Of a stretch of 64,000 nucleotides of DNA, positions 30,320-43,482 are shown piece by piece. The position numbers and the translations under genes were made by a program. How positions within the stretch are numbered: the stretch's first letter is position 1; every line of letters starts with the position of its first letter. The notes beneath the pieces were generated by a model. The model ran no database searches. It was not told the origin of the DNA and saw only the letters and a list, made by a program, of their open reading frames with translations. The stretch covers positions 213,962,001-214,026,000 of the forward strand of contig OX597815.1 of the NCBI GenBank assembly GCA_951406725.2. Direction: 5' to 3'. This DNA comes from Octopus vulgaris (taxonomy: Eukaryota).

Positions 30320-30540
30320 TAGATAATTGATATAGGATAAAATTTTTTTCGGTAAAAAATTTTTATCAATGGCCAGCATATCAAAAAATGCCTTTAAAGG
30401 TAAAATTTATACATAATTTACAAGAAAAGGGCAGAAGAAAAATTCTAATGCCAGATACGCCGAAACAAAAATTTTGTTGATAGCCATTAAATTTATGCGT
30501 CTCGAAACAAACCGATAGAAATCTCTAAAAAATTCGTTAT

Positions 30541-30599
30541 TACCGTATCGGTCCAATTTCGGGGTTAATTCACAAGGAATTTTCCCCTCTTCAGCGGCA
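30541..30599 (-). ncRNA. Type-I hammerhead ribozyme motif, family H4
   Basis: TGCCG-CTGAAGA-GGGG..CCCC-GAAA-TTGGACCGA-TA|CGGTA. Confidence 0.75.
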
Positions 30600-30878
30600 C
30601 ATACGCGAGATATAAATGAAATACTTATTCATACCCACGGAAGAAGCAAGCACCAAGTCCCGAGCAGACTTAAGTACCCCAAATATATTATAAATAGAAT
30701 AGTGTTCACTTCCGGATTCTATCACTCTGTGAAAGTTTCTAGTTCGAATCACACGTGTCTCGAGGTGCGCCGAAGATTTTTCTATTTGGATATATTTGGG
30801 GTACTTAAGTCTGCTCGGGACTTGGTGCTTGCTTCTTTCATGGGTATGAATAAGTACTTCATTTATATCTCGCGTATG

Positions 30879-30937
30879 TGCCGCTGAAGAGGGGAAAATT
30901 CCTTGTGAGTTAAACCTGAAATTGGACCAATACGGTA
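30879..30937 (+). ncRNA. Type-I hammerhead ribozyme motif, family H4 (inverted copy)
   Basis: TGCCG-CTGAAGA-GGG..CCT-GAAA-TTGGACCAA-TA|CGGTA. Confidence 0.7.
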
Positions 30938-30992
30938 ATAACGAATTTTTTAGAGATTTCTATCGGTTTATTTCGAGACGCATAAATTTAAA

Positions 30993-31059
<67 letters not shown>

Positions 31060-31060
31060 T

Positions 31061-31320
31061 AATTATTAAGGTGGCTAGAAGCAATTTAAAACCAAAAATG
31101 CACGATTCTGTCGTCACTAAAGATGATTTAGGGTGCAAGTCTACATCCGTACAGCTATAAATAAGAGTCAAAGAACTCTTAGCCACGAACAGAGAACCAT
31201 TCCATTTACTGACAAGGGAAAATGGCTATGTGAAATTTATAAAATTATTAATCGTGCTCTGTCCGTGGCTAAAAGTTCTTTGGCTCATATCTAGCAATGC
31301 TGGTGCAGACGTAATCACTT
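31061..31320. mobile_element. (TA)n-embedded element with 37-bp inverted repeat
   Basis: Arms 31161-31197 / 31254-31290 (32/37 match). Confidence 0.55.
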
Positions 31321-31914
31321 ATATATATTATAATGGAATAATTACTATAAAGCATTGTGTAGAATATATTGTATAAAAGATCGTGGGTAAGGCCAGAACA
31401 ATGTGAAATAAATGCAATGTAAGTCACAGGAAGACAAATATATGAATTAATGTAGACTTAGCTTGCATTCAATATTTCGGGGTTATGACCCCATTTTCAA
31501 CAAATTAACGAATGTTGCCGATGTGCATATGTGTGAGCGTGTGTGGAATGGACATGCACAGAAAAGTGTTGCTATAGGGGACTAAGACCACAAAGATATA
31601 CAATGAAACATGTACGGCATTTAAACTGGGGTTGTACCCAACTTTGCAGCTGTATTATTGTGTATTTTATGTAATATAATTGCAATCGATGTGTACAGTT
31701 TAGCAAGAGATTACTTGGTTTATAAAGCTGAGCTTTTTCGAACGTCCGCAGAAAAATGATCAGAGGTAGAAAAGTATTCTATTCAGAAGATTGTTTCTTC
31801 TCATCCGCTTAACACGTTAGAAATCAGTGCTAGACACCGGTTCTTTAATGAAGATCAGCAGAAGCATTAGAAGAGAAAATATCTAATGTAATGTAGTGTA
31901 ATATAATATGAAAT

Positions 31915-32077
31915 AGGTGCGTGCCTGGCTGTGAGGTAAGACGTTTACTTCCAAACCACATGGTTCCGGGTTCAGTCCCACTGTGTGGCAGCCTGTGTAA
32001 GTGTCTTCTACTATCGCCCCAGGCCGACCAAACCTTTGTGAGTGGATTTGGTAGATGGAAACTGAAAGGGACCCGCC

Positions 32078-32140
<63 letters not shown>

Positions 32141-32217
32141 TGTGAGTGTGTGTGTGTACGCGCGCGTGTGTGTATGTGCGTATGTGTGTGTGCGTGTGTG
32201 AGTGTGTACATACATGC

Positions 32218-32265
<48 letters not shown>

Positions 32266-32495
32266 GTACATACATACATGCATATATATATATATATATA
32301 TATATATGCGTGTGTGTGTGTTTGTGTCTATGTTTTCCTCCACTGCTTGAAAACTGTTGTTGGTGTGTTTACGTTCCCGTATCTTAGAGGTTCAGCAATA
32401 GGAACTGATAGAATAAATATCAGAGTTAAGAAAAAGTAAGTCCTGGATCGTTGCCCTAGCATGGTCGCAGTGAAACGACTGAAAGAGGTAAGAGA
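31915..32495 (+). mobile_element. SINE family A with expanded internal microsatellite
   Basis: CACATGGTTCCGGGTTCAGTCCCACTG head; tail GCCCTAGCATGGTCGCAGT. Confidence 0.85.
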
Positions 32496-33152
32496 TACAA
32501 TTTAGAATAATATGTATTTTGATAAAATAAAGTAGGAGTTACGAATAAAACAAGTTGAATTAATGGGAGCGAATGTAGTGGAGAGAGGCTGCAGGGAGGA
32601 CGGAATATTTTGATTTCTAAGCTAATAATTTCCCCTTGAGATCCTTCTACCCCGATGCAATAAACTATATTTTCCCTCTTGTATCTACGCCATTTTCCCC
32701 TTCTCCTTCCCTCCCCCTCCCCCTCTTTATCTTTGTCTAACGTTGTTATATTTATAACTCTGCTTCTACTCTATTTTCATATGCATTATGATGTCCTTCT
32801 TGACAGTTGTTCCTTCAGCGTCCTCAGTTTGTCTGTCTGTCTGCCTGCCTGCCTGCCTGCCTATCTGTCTGTCTGTCTCTCTCTCTATTTAACCCCCACC
32901 CCCAAACTTCTGTCTATACATCTTCGCTCCTTTCGGTTCCTTATTTACCTCATCCATATATTTAAAACCATCGTCTGAAAGGATGACTATCACTTTATTT
33001 TACGATAACCACAGCGTATGCTATAAAGGAGAATTTAGAAGTGCCTTCTTTTGCCAATGAACGCTAGTATTAAGGTGAGGGACTTAAACTTAATTCCGGA
33101 TAAGTACGTATGTATGTATGTATCTGTGTGTGTATATATATATATATATATA

Positions 33153-33473
33153 AATAGATGAGTGTATTTTACCTTGTTAACAATTAACACGGATAAATGA
33201 ATGAATAGTTACCAGGGCAGCAAAAATCCTACAAGTAAAGATGTTGTAACTCCTTGTTTATAAAGGTTGAAACTTCTTGTTTACGTTGAATATTTGAATA
33301 ATATGAATAAAAAATGGAGTTAACGCAGGTTTAAACAAGTATTTTTACTTTCTACATATGTTTCAAAAATTCCACTGATACTTATTCAAAAGAATAAAAG
33401 GTATAAACAATGCAATCTTCTCTTCGGGAAAGTGAAAAAACGAAACTTGTCAATACGACATTTTAGCAAAAAA
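33153..33473 (-). mobile_element. Hammerhead-bearing element family H3, copy 2
   Basis: 33301-33473 matches 28501-28672 with one substitution and one indel; TA-flanked. Confidence 0.75.
33347..33433 (-). ncRNA. Type-I hammerhead ribozyme motif (U4C), family H3 copy 2
   Basis: ACTTTC-CCGAAGA-GAAGATT...AATTTTT-GAAA-C-ATAT-GTA|GAAAGT; palindromic loop 3. Confidence 0.7.
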
Positions 33474-33504
33474 AAAAAAAAATATATATATATGTATATA
33501 TATA

Positions 33505-33744
33505 TTTTACTCTTTTACTCTTTTACTTGTTTCAGTCATTTAACTGTGGCCATGCTGGAGCACTGCCTTTTAGTCAAACAAATCGACCCCAGGACTTCTT
33601 TGTAAACCTAGTACTTATTCTATCGGTCTCTTTTTGCCGAATCGCTAGTTACGGGGACGTAAACACACCACCATCGGTTGTCAAGCGATGTTGGGTGGGC
33701 GGGAGGGGGACAAACACAGACACCCAAATATACACACACACACA

Positions 33745-33746
<2 letters not shown>
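33505..33746 (-). mobile_element. SINE family A, 3' half
   Basis: Reverse-complement tail and body motifs. Confidence 0.88.
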
Positions 33747-34076
<330 letters not shown>

Positions 34077-34699
34077 CATATTAGTGAGGGATTATCAATC
34101 CAGACAAAATACTTCATAAGTGCTCTGTTGGTACCCTATGCTAGCAACATTGTTTAAATTAGTAAAGAACTCCAAGTGTTCTTATGGCAGGGTCGAGGTT
34201 ATAGTTTATCCCCATTCTATATTGTAAATCCTGATCAAAGGTCATTAAAATTTCAACACTTTCTGATAATATTGTTCAATCTGGTTGCTTTGGCAACGTA
34301 AACTACTGGGGTGTAGACGAGCGGACACGATAGACAAATAAGGAGAGAAAAATATTGAGTCAAGGTCAGCAACAGAAAGCGAAAAGTAAAAGAAAATAAT
34401 ATTTGTCGGTCGAACAGCAAATAAAGACGAGTTATGAGAAGAACGGGAAAAGTACAAAACAAAGGAAACGTAGGCAAGGATATTAAGAGAAAATAGTTTG
34501 TGTAGACAGAGAGGTTATAAAATATGAATTGTGAGGAAAGAGAAAAATAAAAGAAACAAATGTACGCAGAGCTAGAATGTCTTTAAAATTGGCAACAAAA
34601 ATTTTAATCAACTTGTGTGAAGTAATGCTAATAGGATAGTGTGCTTTCTGGTCTTCAGAAACAAGATAAAAATAAAAGAAAAAAATTGTAAAGGTAGAC

Positions 34700-34843
34700 A
34701 ATGCTTAGCATAATGGTATAGAGCACTCAGCCGGAATTTGAGAGGTACAGGGTTCGATTCTTTGTACGGTTTGCTGGCCAAAGAAGAAGGCGGTGCCCCA
34801 GCATAGCCGCAGTCTAATGACTGAGTCAAGATAAAGATAAAAG
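34700..34843 (+). mobile_element. Short SINE: tRNA-like head joined directly to the family-A tail
   Basis: A box TAGCATAATGG, B box GGTTCGATTC, then AAGGCGGTGCCCCAGCATAGCCGCAGTC..GATAAAGATAAAAGA. Confidence 0.6.
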
Positions 34844-35231
34844 ACGAATCTAGTGCTCGAAAAGAAGTAAAAGGCCATTTCAGTTGTCAGTTTAAACGAT
34901 GAAAGTACAAGAACCAGGAAGAAGACGGCCTTGTGGTATGTTCTGGTGGTGGTGGGGGGAGATGCAGACAGGAAAGTGGGGGAGAAAAGGAAGGGTGAAT
35001 AGAAAGATAGAGGTGTAAATGGGTAGATAAACGCAAAGATGGAAGGATGAGTATAAAGATACGATAGTTAGATGGAAGTAAACAATGAAAGGCAGGTAGG
35101 CACAGAGAGCAAAGATGGAAAGATAAACACAAAAGCACAAAGAGCAAACGTTAGAAGTCAGAGAGAAAGCAATGGCAAGAAGAGGTATAGACAGAGACAG
35201 ATTTGGGAGATACAAAGATAGACAGACAGAC

Positions 35232-35279
<48 letters not shown>

Positions 35280-35316
35280 CCATATATATGTAGATAGATA
35301 GATAGGTAGATTGATT

Positions 35317-35357
<41 letters not shown>

Positions 35358-36890
35358 GTAGATAGATAGATAGATAGATAGATTATAGATAGATAGATAG
35401 ACAGGCAGCCAGAGAAGTCGTTCCTTATTAGGAAACGACTAGCGGTTGGGAAAATATGTGTTTGTAGCGTTACGATTATTAATGAAAGATGGCACATAAG
35501 GACCACAAAGTATTTTACGGGAAATCAAAGAAATAAAAAAAAAGCATACATCCAAGACGAATACAAACTCGCTCAACACTCATCAGCTGTCGACCTAATT
35601 TTCATTATAATTTTGACTCAACCATATAATCAATACCTAAAAATGAAAAAGACACTTCTGAAAAAGCCAATGAACAGTAAAACTTCGAAATCACTGTCAG
35701 CTTTTTCTTGCAAAAATACATCATTTACATGTGTCTGTGTGCATGTGTGTGTGCTCACGTACAAACACACACACACACACACACACACATACGTATACAC
35801 ACACACGTATACACACACACACACACAAAACACACACATAGGTAGGCAAATGAAATCTATCTATCTATATAACAAACTCCTCATATATAACTTGCTATAC
35901 TCTCTAACACCCCTCATATTCTAATGTAACGCGTCTTGCCTTTCGCTTAAATCACCTAACTTTTCTAAAAAGAATCTATTTACTGTGGGAAAATTCTCTG
36001 TATTTATTGTTTATGTTCCGTATTTATTCAATGTCTTCGTCTGCCCAGTGATTGTCAGGGAAGTTGAAAACAAAGCAAGAATCTGCAGGGAGCTCAGTGT
36101 TGTTCATTGACCCTACGAAATGAGAATCTTAACCCTCTTAGCTGCAGACTATAAAAATTTCCTTCTTTTATGTAAATTTTCTGTCCTCTTTCTAGGGGAT
36201 CTACTGCATGAATAGCCAAAACAAACACTGTATTTGTCCATTGCCTTTAATCTAAGCTTTTGTTTGAAATAAACTGATTTAGTAATATATATTTTATCAA
36301 TAGTTTTAGTACTGTTGTGTGAAAATAATATATGATTAATTAATGTGAAGTTAAAACCGAAGTTATTTCGGTGTACAATGCCCTAAATACAGTCAAGAAT
36401 AAGTTCAATTTCTAAGGCACCAAAATACATAAGAGAGGTTCCTGATGTTAGCGCATAAGTTAGCACATGTAAAGAGAAATGCTGTATCTTCAAAACTAGA
36501 GGTGATAGGTGAAACTGATGATATAATCAGTGCCCCAGATATATTAATGAATATGTCTAGCTTTTAAGGCACCTAATGTGTGTAGGTCAGTGTCATTGTA
36601 ATCAGGTATGTCAGCACGATGATTATTCAAAATGGGAGTATGTCGTCAGGATGCAGATTGGGGGCTGGCACGGGACCGCCAGCGTGAAAGGGGTCTGGTG
36701 GACCTAGTCGGCTAAACGCATGATGATGCCTCTGGGGTCACTAACTTGGAATGACGCTAGCCCCATCAAGCACAAGAGCACGAAGCCGGGCCAGCCAAGT
36801 CATCGAACGTGATAGGCAACATTTTACGGTTCAATGTCCCATATTATCCAAATCTAGTTTTAGATATAATTGATTTTATGCATATAAATA

Positions 36891-37050
36891 GGCGTAGACA
36901 TGAGTATATGATAAAGAAACTGTCTTTGGAACCACATGGTTCTGGGTTCAGTGCCACTGTGCGGCACTTTGCGCAAATGTCTTGTCTTATACTATTGCTC
37001 CGGGATGACCAGTTACATATGAGTACATTTGGTAGAAGGAGGCTGTTGCG
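36891..37050 (+). mobile_element. SINE family A 5' half, diverged
   Basis: CCACATGGTTCTGGGTTCAGTGCCACTG. Confidence 0.7.
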
Positions 37051-37060
37051 TATATATGTA

Positions 37061-37357
37061 TATAAATAATTTACAAGATAAGGGCAAAAGAAAAATTCTA
37101 ATGCCAAATATGCCGAAACAAAAATTGTCAATAACCATTATAATTTATGTGTCTCGAAACAAACCGATAGAAATTTCTAAAAAATTCGTTATTACCGAAT
37201 ATATTTTTTAGAAATTTTTGTTTCGGCATATTTGGCATTAGAATTTTTCTTTTGCCCTTATCTTGTAGATTATTTATAAATTTAACCTTTAGGAGTATTT
37301 TTTGATATGCTGGCCATTGATGAAATTTTTTTCCCGAAAAAATGTTTATCCTACATT
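37061..37357. mobile_element. Family H4 fragment with 66-bp inverted arms
   Basis: Arms 37061-37126 / 37213-37278 (1 mismatch); homologous to 30330-30545. Confidence 0.8.
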
Positions 37358-37358
37358 A

Positions 37359-37420
<62 letters not shown>

Positions 37421-40400
37421 TATGCGTGCGTGCATGTGTGTGAGTGTGCGTGCGTGCGTGCATATACCGCTGGTATGCATATGTAGCAGCATTGATATCC
37501 TACACAACCGTTTTTAATAATGTAATCAGATACCGAAGAAGCCTAAAATGAACAACACTGAATTATGTTCAGAAGTGGGTTAAATAAGTTTAATTATATG
37601 TACAAAAAACCTAATTTTTCTTTAAATGTCCAAATCAATGAGAATTTTCCTCATGTTTACAATGCTTATATTTGCTTGACAACAACAAAACAGCACCAAA
37701 TAACCGTTGCAACTTTTGTCTCAAGGCCAGCTGTTTTAGGGGTTTTGACTGGTGCCTTCTTTTATCGTTTCCAAAAGAATGAAAGGCATAGAAATCCTGC
37801 TGAGCAGTTTGTCCGACGCACAATTGATTCCGCCAATTCGTCACCTTCTTCAACCAGAATCTTATTGAACTTAATTTTGATTTGATTTTATTGAAAACTA
37901 AAAACAGATTAAAACTGTTAATACCTTTCATACGAATCTTAACTATTTTCCCAAACAAAATAATAACTCTCCTTCGTGATAAAGCCTTTAATTAATTATA
38001 TTAAGTAACCTCTGGTAGAAATCCAATAAGTCTCACAAGGAATTCTTACAGAAACATAAGGTTAAAAGTTTAAGGAGAGGGATTAATCCTTTAAATAGAT
38101 CACACCACGTTACTTTAGTGGACTCAGAAGCGAGAAAGGGAAACTTGATCTAGGCGGGATTAGAACTCGGATTACGAAGAAATGAAACAAATATTACATA
38201 ACATTTTCTCCGATACTCAGACAATTCTAAAAATTCATTACTCTGCTACTCAGAGATTTCGTATAGATTTTCCTTTCTCATTTCTTTGCACACCTCAAAT
38301 TCGTCAACTTTGAATGAAATTGCTGAGTCTAAACGTATATTAGATACTTGGCCCTTCTATTTCTAAACTTCGAGTGCCTTTGTCTGTCCATTCACCTCTT
38401 TTCATAGAATTAATGTGTAAACACCTTGCTGTCAGATTCCAGAGTGTTATTCATCGATATTTAGTGCCCTTTTCAAATATTTGTTTCAGTGTTATTTCTC
38501 ATTATAACACATTTTAATCATCTGAATATGTCTCTTACCGCTCTAGTATCTTAATTAGCAAAAGACAATCAGTGTTGACTAAAGAATTTAAAAGGAAGCA
38601 CAAGAAGATAGCTTGAATGACCTATTATAGAAAATAAAGGCAATAACTATTTGAGAGAGTCCATCATGGCGGTATTTGAATACCAAACACTGAAGCCTAA
38701 AAATGAATTGTTTTTGTTTTGGAAAAAAAATAAAATAAAACTGACTCTAAATTTAATGCTTTCTTTCGTCCAATTCTTGCTCAGCTTTAAAGTAGAGAAT
38801 AAGATGGAGTTATTGATGCGACTAAATTCGTTAGTGGCCAATAGATATATTTCTCTCTTCCTTATTGACAATGAAAACCATTTTGGACAAAAAACAGGAA
38901 AAGTCATGTAACCGAGTATGTCGCTGATTTGCTTTTGAGCCAAAATTAACTAAAATGGTTGTGTAGTATTAAGAACTTTGCCTTGCAACCGAATGGTTTT
39001 AGATCTGAGCATCACCGTGTTCAGGTATTGTAACATGCTGTAGCCCATCATTTGTATGTATGTATGTATTTGCGTGTGCATGCGAGTGTGCGTGCGTGTG
39101 TCTGTGTGTGTGTGTGTGTGTAAAACACCTAAAAAAACAGGCGAGAAAACCGATAAATTGTTGCTTTTGGACAAAACTACTTAGTATTTGTTGCACCTGA
39201 GTTGTATAAGTTACTACCTCACCACTTTCACTATGATAATTGCAAACGCAGCTGACTTCAAATCGTGGTATGTAATGAAAGAGAGAAGATCCTTAGACTG
39301 AAATCCCAAGTTTTCAAACATTGATTATCAGCTCTCATCTTGCAGATGAGAGATCCTGTGAATGTTTATAAAGCATTTGCTTCTTTACTACAGGATAGAA
39401 ATCACTCTCTTTAGTGTTTTGAGCTAAAGAATTTGTAGTTTCAATGGCGAAAAATTGATTTGACATGTGATAAAGACATCTACCCATCCAAAAATAACCG
39501 TCAGCCAAATTATTGCCTTTGCTTCTATGCCTCTTTACTCTTGCTGTTTATCTTCTTTTGCATGACTTCACATGAATCATGATGAGTGAAGAATCATTCT
39601 TCTTCAGAGCTTCATTGAATCAGAACACATCTATTCGATAAATTGCACCTCCAAACTTTTTATTTCGCAACTTATGTAATTGTAATAGCAATCTGTGTAC
39701 CCAACTTAATGTAAATATATCGGAAAAAGACGTTCTTACTAAGGTATTCGTCCTTATGCATGGCTGATGCGAATAATATATGATGCATTTCTTCCTCATT
39801 AACCGTTGTCAATAGCATGCGCCCACAGCTAAAGTTCAAGACGGAATCTGTGGCTACCATTATAGGAAAACAGTAAATAAAGAATCACTAATGTTGCGAA
39901 TAGTTAACGTCTTCAGCATGTTCAATGGGTTTTGCCTTCCATTTTTCCGGAGTCGAGAGTCGATAAAACAGTCTGAATCCAGGACAGTGGATTGGCAAAA
40001 AAGTTAGATATCTAGTGGTATATGTCCCGGCACTTTCAGCTCTAACAGGAACGCCTGCGATGACGCTAGTGCTAAGTATGACCAATGGAAAGGCTCCTAT
40101 TTGGTGGCGTTCATTCGACGCTGACTTATTTGACATCAGACGATTTCATGTTTCTCTTATGCTCTATCCATCTCCCTCACTCTCCGATCTCCTTCTCTCT
40201 GTGAGTATATTTCTTTTCATATGTATGGAATGAGGGAAAAGTGCTTATTCCAAACATGTTCAATTAATAAATTGTAATGTCTTTCTCTCATTCTGCATGT
40301 GTGTATGAAAGCGGGCGTGTGAGCGTTCGCGCTCGCGCATGTGCGGTGAGGGGGCGCGTGTTTGCCTCCGGTTCAAAAATGTTCTGTCGTCAAACACGTT

Positions 40401-40430
40401 CAATGTCCAGTCAGCTTTGCCAAATCGCTT

Positions 40431-40494
40431 GCCCAATCGTTTTGTTAACACAGCCACGCCCAATCGTTTCGTTAACACAGCCACGCCCAATCGT
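40431..40494. repeat. 27-bp tandem repeat (GCCCAATCGTTTYGTTAACACAGCCAC) ~2.4 copies
   Basis: Directly visible, within a CpG-rich patch. Confidence 0.9.
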
Positions 40495-40899
40495 CTCACT
40501 GAAGCTGCCATTACCTGAGGAGAGGGAAGACTTGCATGAATGGAAGATCACCGGACTTTCACAAGAACTTCAACAGAATAAAGAACAAATAAAATACAAT
40601 AAAATTTGCCTAAGCCTGTACATATATGGGCATAAACATGGTCAAAGCCAGACTAAAGTAGACTCTAGAAGAACAGAAAAGGCTTGATTAGATGATTGCT
40701 TCACTCACTCGTTCAGATTTCTATTATTATCATCAATTAAAATAATTAAAACTCCACTAAAAAAGGAGATCATAGAAAATGTTGTCAAACCTAGAATTTG
40801 ATTGCTGCTCATTTTCCTCTACATCGGAATGATAAAAGGTAAAGTTAAACCCACACGCCACAAAATAAATAAATAAATATATAAGGTAATAAAGTCATA

Positions 40900-41502
40900 A
40901 TAATTTCCACTAAGGGTGCAGGGCCGAAAATTATGGGAGAGGGATTTAATTGATTATATCGATCCCAGTCCTTGGCTGGCACTTCGGCAGTATTTAACTT
41001 CAGAACGTAAATACTCTGTAGAAGCGTTTTGTTCGACGCGCTTCCGATTCTGCCAACTCGCCACCTTTAATCCTTTCTACTGAAGGCGCAAGGACTGAAA
41101 TTTGTTGGGAAGGGTATAGTCGATTACATCGACTAAGGTACTAAATTGGTACCTATTTCATCGACCCTGGAAGGATGAAAGCCAAAGTCGAGCTAGGCGA
41201 ATTTGAACTCACAGCGTGAAGACTGACGAAATACCGCTTAGTATTTCGCCTTGCGTGCTAACGATTCTGCCAGCTCACCGCCGTAATAATAATAGTGTTG
41301 ATAACCGTTTCTTCTGTAGGCACAAGACCCGAAATTTGGAGGAAGGGGATAGTAGATCACATCTAACCCAATACTTAATTTATTGACCTCCATAGGATGA
41401 AAAGCAAAGTCAATATCAGCGGAATTTGAACTCAAAATGTGAAGGCGGATGAAATGTCGCTAAACATTTTCCCGGCATACTAACGACTCTGTCAGCTCAC
41501 GG
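40900..41502 (-). mobile_element. Tandem array of about 3 SINE family B copies
   Basis: Repeated GGATGAAA..AAAGTC..GAATTTGAACTC..TAACGATTCTGCCAGCTCACCG units. Confidence 0.8.
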
Positions 41503-41543
41503 TCTTAAAAATAATAATGAGGAGGATAATGATGATGATGATG

Positions 41544-41604
<61 letters not shown>

Positions 41605-41644
41605 TAATAGAAATAATAATAATAACAACAACAACAACAACAAC

Positions 41645-42022
<378 letters not shown>

Positions 42023-42039
42023 TAATAATAATAATAATA

Positions 42040-42448
42040 GGCGCAGGAGTGGCTGTGTGGTAAGTAGCTTGCTAACCAACCACATGGTTCCGGGTTCAGT
42101 CCCACTGCGTGGCATCTTGGGCAAGTGTCTTCTGCTATAGCTCCGGGCCCACCAATGCCTTGTGAGTGGATTTGGTAGACGGAAACTGAAAGAAGCCTGT
42201 CGTATATATGTATATATATATAAGTGTGTGTGTATATGTTTGTGTGTCTGTGTTTGCCCCCCTCGCATTGCTTGACAACCGATGCTGGTGTGTTTACGTC
42301 CCCGTCACTTAGCGGTTCGGCAAAGAGACCAATAGAATAAGTACTGGGCTTACAAAGAATAAGTCCCGGGGTCGATTTGCTCGACTAAAGGCGGTGCTCC
42401 AGCATGGCCGCAGTCAAATGACTGAAACAAGTAAAAACGTAAAGAGTA
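42040..42448 (+). mobile_element. SINE family A, full-length reference copy
   Basis: Head GGCGCAGGAGTGGCTGTGTGGTAAG..GGTTCAGTCCC, CORE-like CTTGGGCAAGTG, internal TA/TG, LINE-like tail. Confidence 0.93.
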
Positions 42449-42990
42449 ATACGAGCCAGTCGTTGAAGGTAAAAATGTCACTATACTCTGGGAGTTTCCA
42501 ATCAACACTGATAGAACAATTCAAGTTAAACGACCAGACGTAATTATTAAAGACATTAATAGATGTAAGCGTTCCCACTGATAATTATATATCTGAAAAG
42601 GAACTTGACAAATTAAGTAAATATAAGGACCTGGAAATTAAAATACAAAACGGGCTATATAAAGCGGGAAGTGTTCCTTTTATTGTGGGTGCCCTAGGTA
42701 TGAGAAAAAAGGGGTGTCAGAAACATCTAGATAAGATCCCAGGAGAACCATGTCTCAGAGAAATCAAAAAGATGAATGTGCTGACAAGTACTGCCCAGAT
42801 CCTTAGAAAAACTCTATCCATTTAAATGTCTGCGTTGTGTTTCATGAAGATAGTTCGCTACTACTCCTGTCATTTCCCCGCCCCAAGCTTTCATTCAAAC
42901 TGTAACATCTCTTATCCTTCACGCGTCCCAGGACGCTCGGTGTGTCTCGGCAAGTGACTGTAACAAACATGCAGATTAAAAGTAAAAAGG
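42449..42990 (+). mobile_element. R4/Dong-like LINE 3' fragment (distinct family)
   Basis: ILWEFPINTDRTIQVKRPDVIIKD..DVSVPTD..KLSKYKDLEI..PFIVGALG. Confidence 0.8.
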
Positions 42991-43029
42991 TAATATAAAA
43001 TAACATCAACAACAACAACAATAATAACA

Positions 43030-43433
43030 ATACAGCCAGGTTTGTCCATTGGACACTTTGCAACAAGTATGGACTTGACAGAGCAAAAAATTGGTACGAC
43101 CACAAGCCTGAAGGCATCGTCGAAAATGGAAATGCAATGATCCTATGGAATTTTATGATTCAGTGCGACCATGAGATAGAGAATAGGAAGCCGGACATAG
43201 TCTTAATTGAGAAAGAAAACAGACTAAGCAGTTGTGGTCGGAGCCCTGGGAACAGTGAGTTAAAATCTCGAGAAGTACGTGGAACAAATAGGGGCTGCAA
43301 TAAGGGTGGAGCACTTGCAGAAAACAGCACTGCCTGGAAGGTGCTCGAAAAATAAGAGGTGTTACCTTAGTTCATTTGTAGTGAACAGCTGACACCGCAG
43401 TACATCTCCAGCGTTAGAAGCTGTGCAAAGGCA
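43030..43433 (+). mobile_element. R4/Dong-like LINE 3' fragment (distinct family, internal deletion)
   Basis: ARFVHWTLCNKYGL..NWYDHKPEG..ILWNFMIQCDHEIENRKPDIVLI. Confidence 0.8.
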
Positions 43434-43442
43434 ATAATAATA

Positions 43443-43480
<38 letters not shown>

Positions 43481-43482
43481 GA

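Larger units (their letters stand above)
30325..30991. mobile_element. (TA)n-embedded element with ~210-bp inverted arms, each containing a hammerhead; family H4
   Basis: Arms ~30487-30699 and 30780-30991; related copy at 37061-37357. Confidence 0.8.

Noticed and set aside
38651-38911. 86-aa ORF in unique AT-rich DNA
   Set aside because: Non-ATG start, F/L/K-biased composition typical of random AT-rich frames, no domain
40431-40494. CRISPR-like short repeats (also 63602-63661, 12672-12721)
   Set aside because: Head-to-tail tandem units without unique spacers, no cas genes, eukaryotic context
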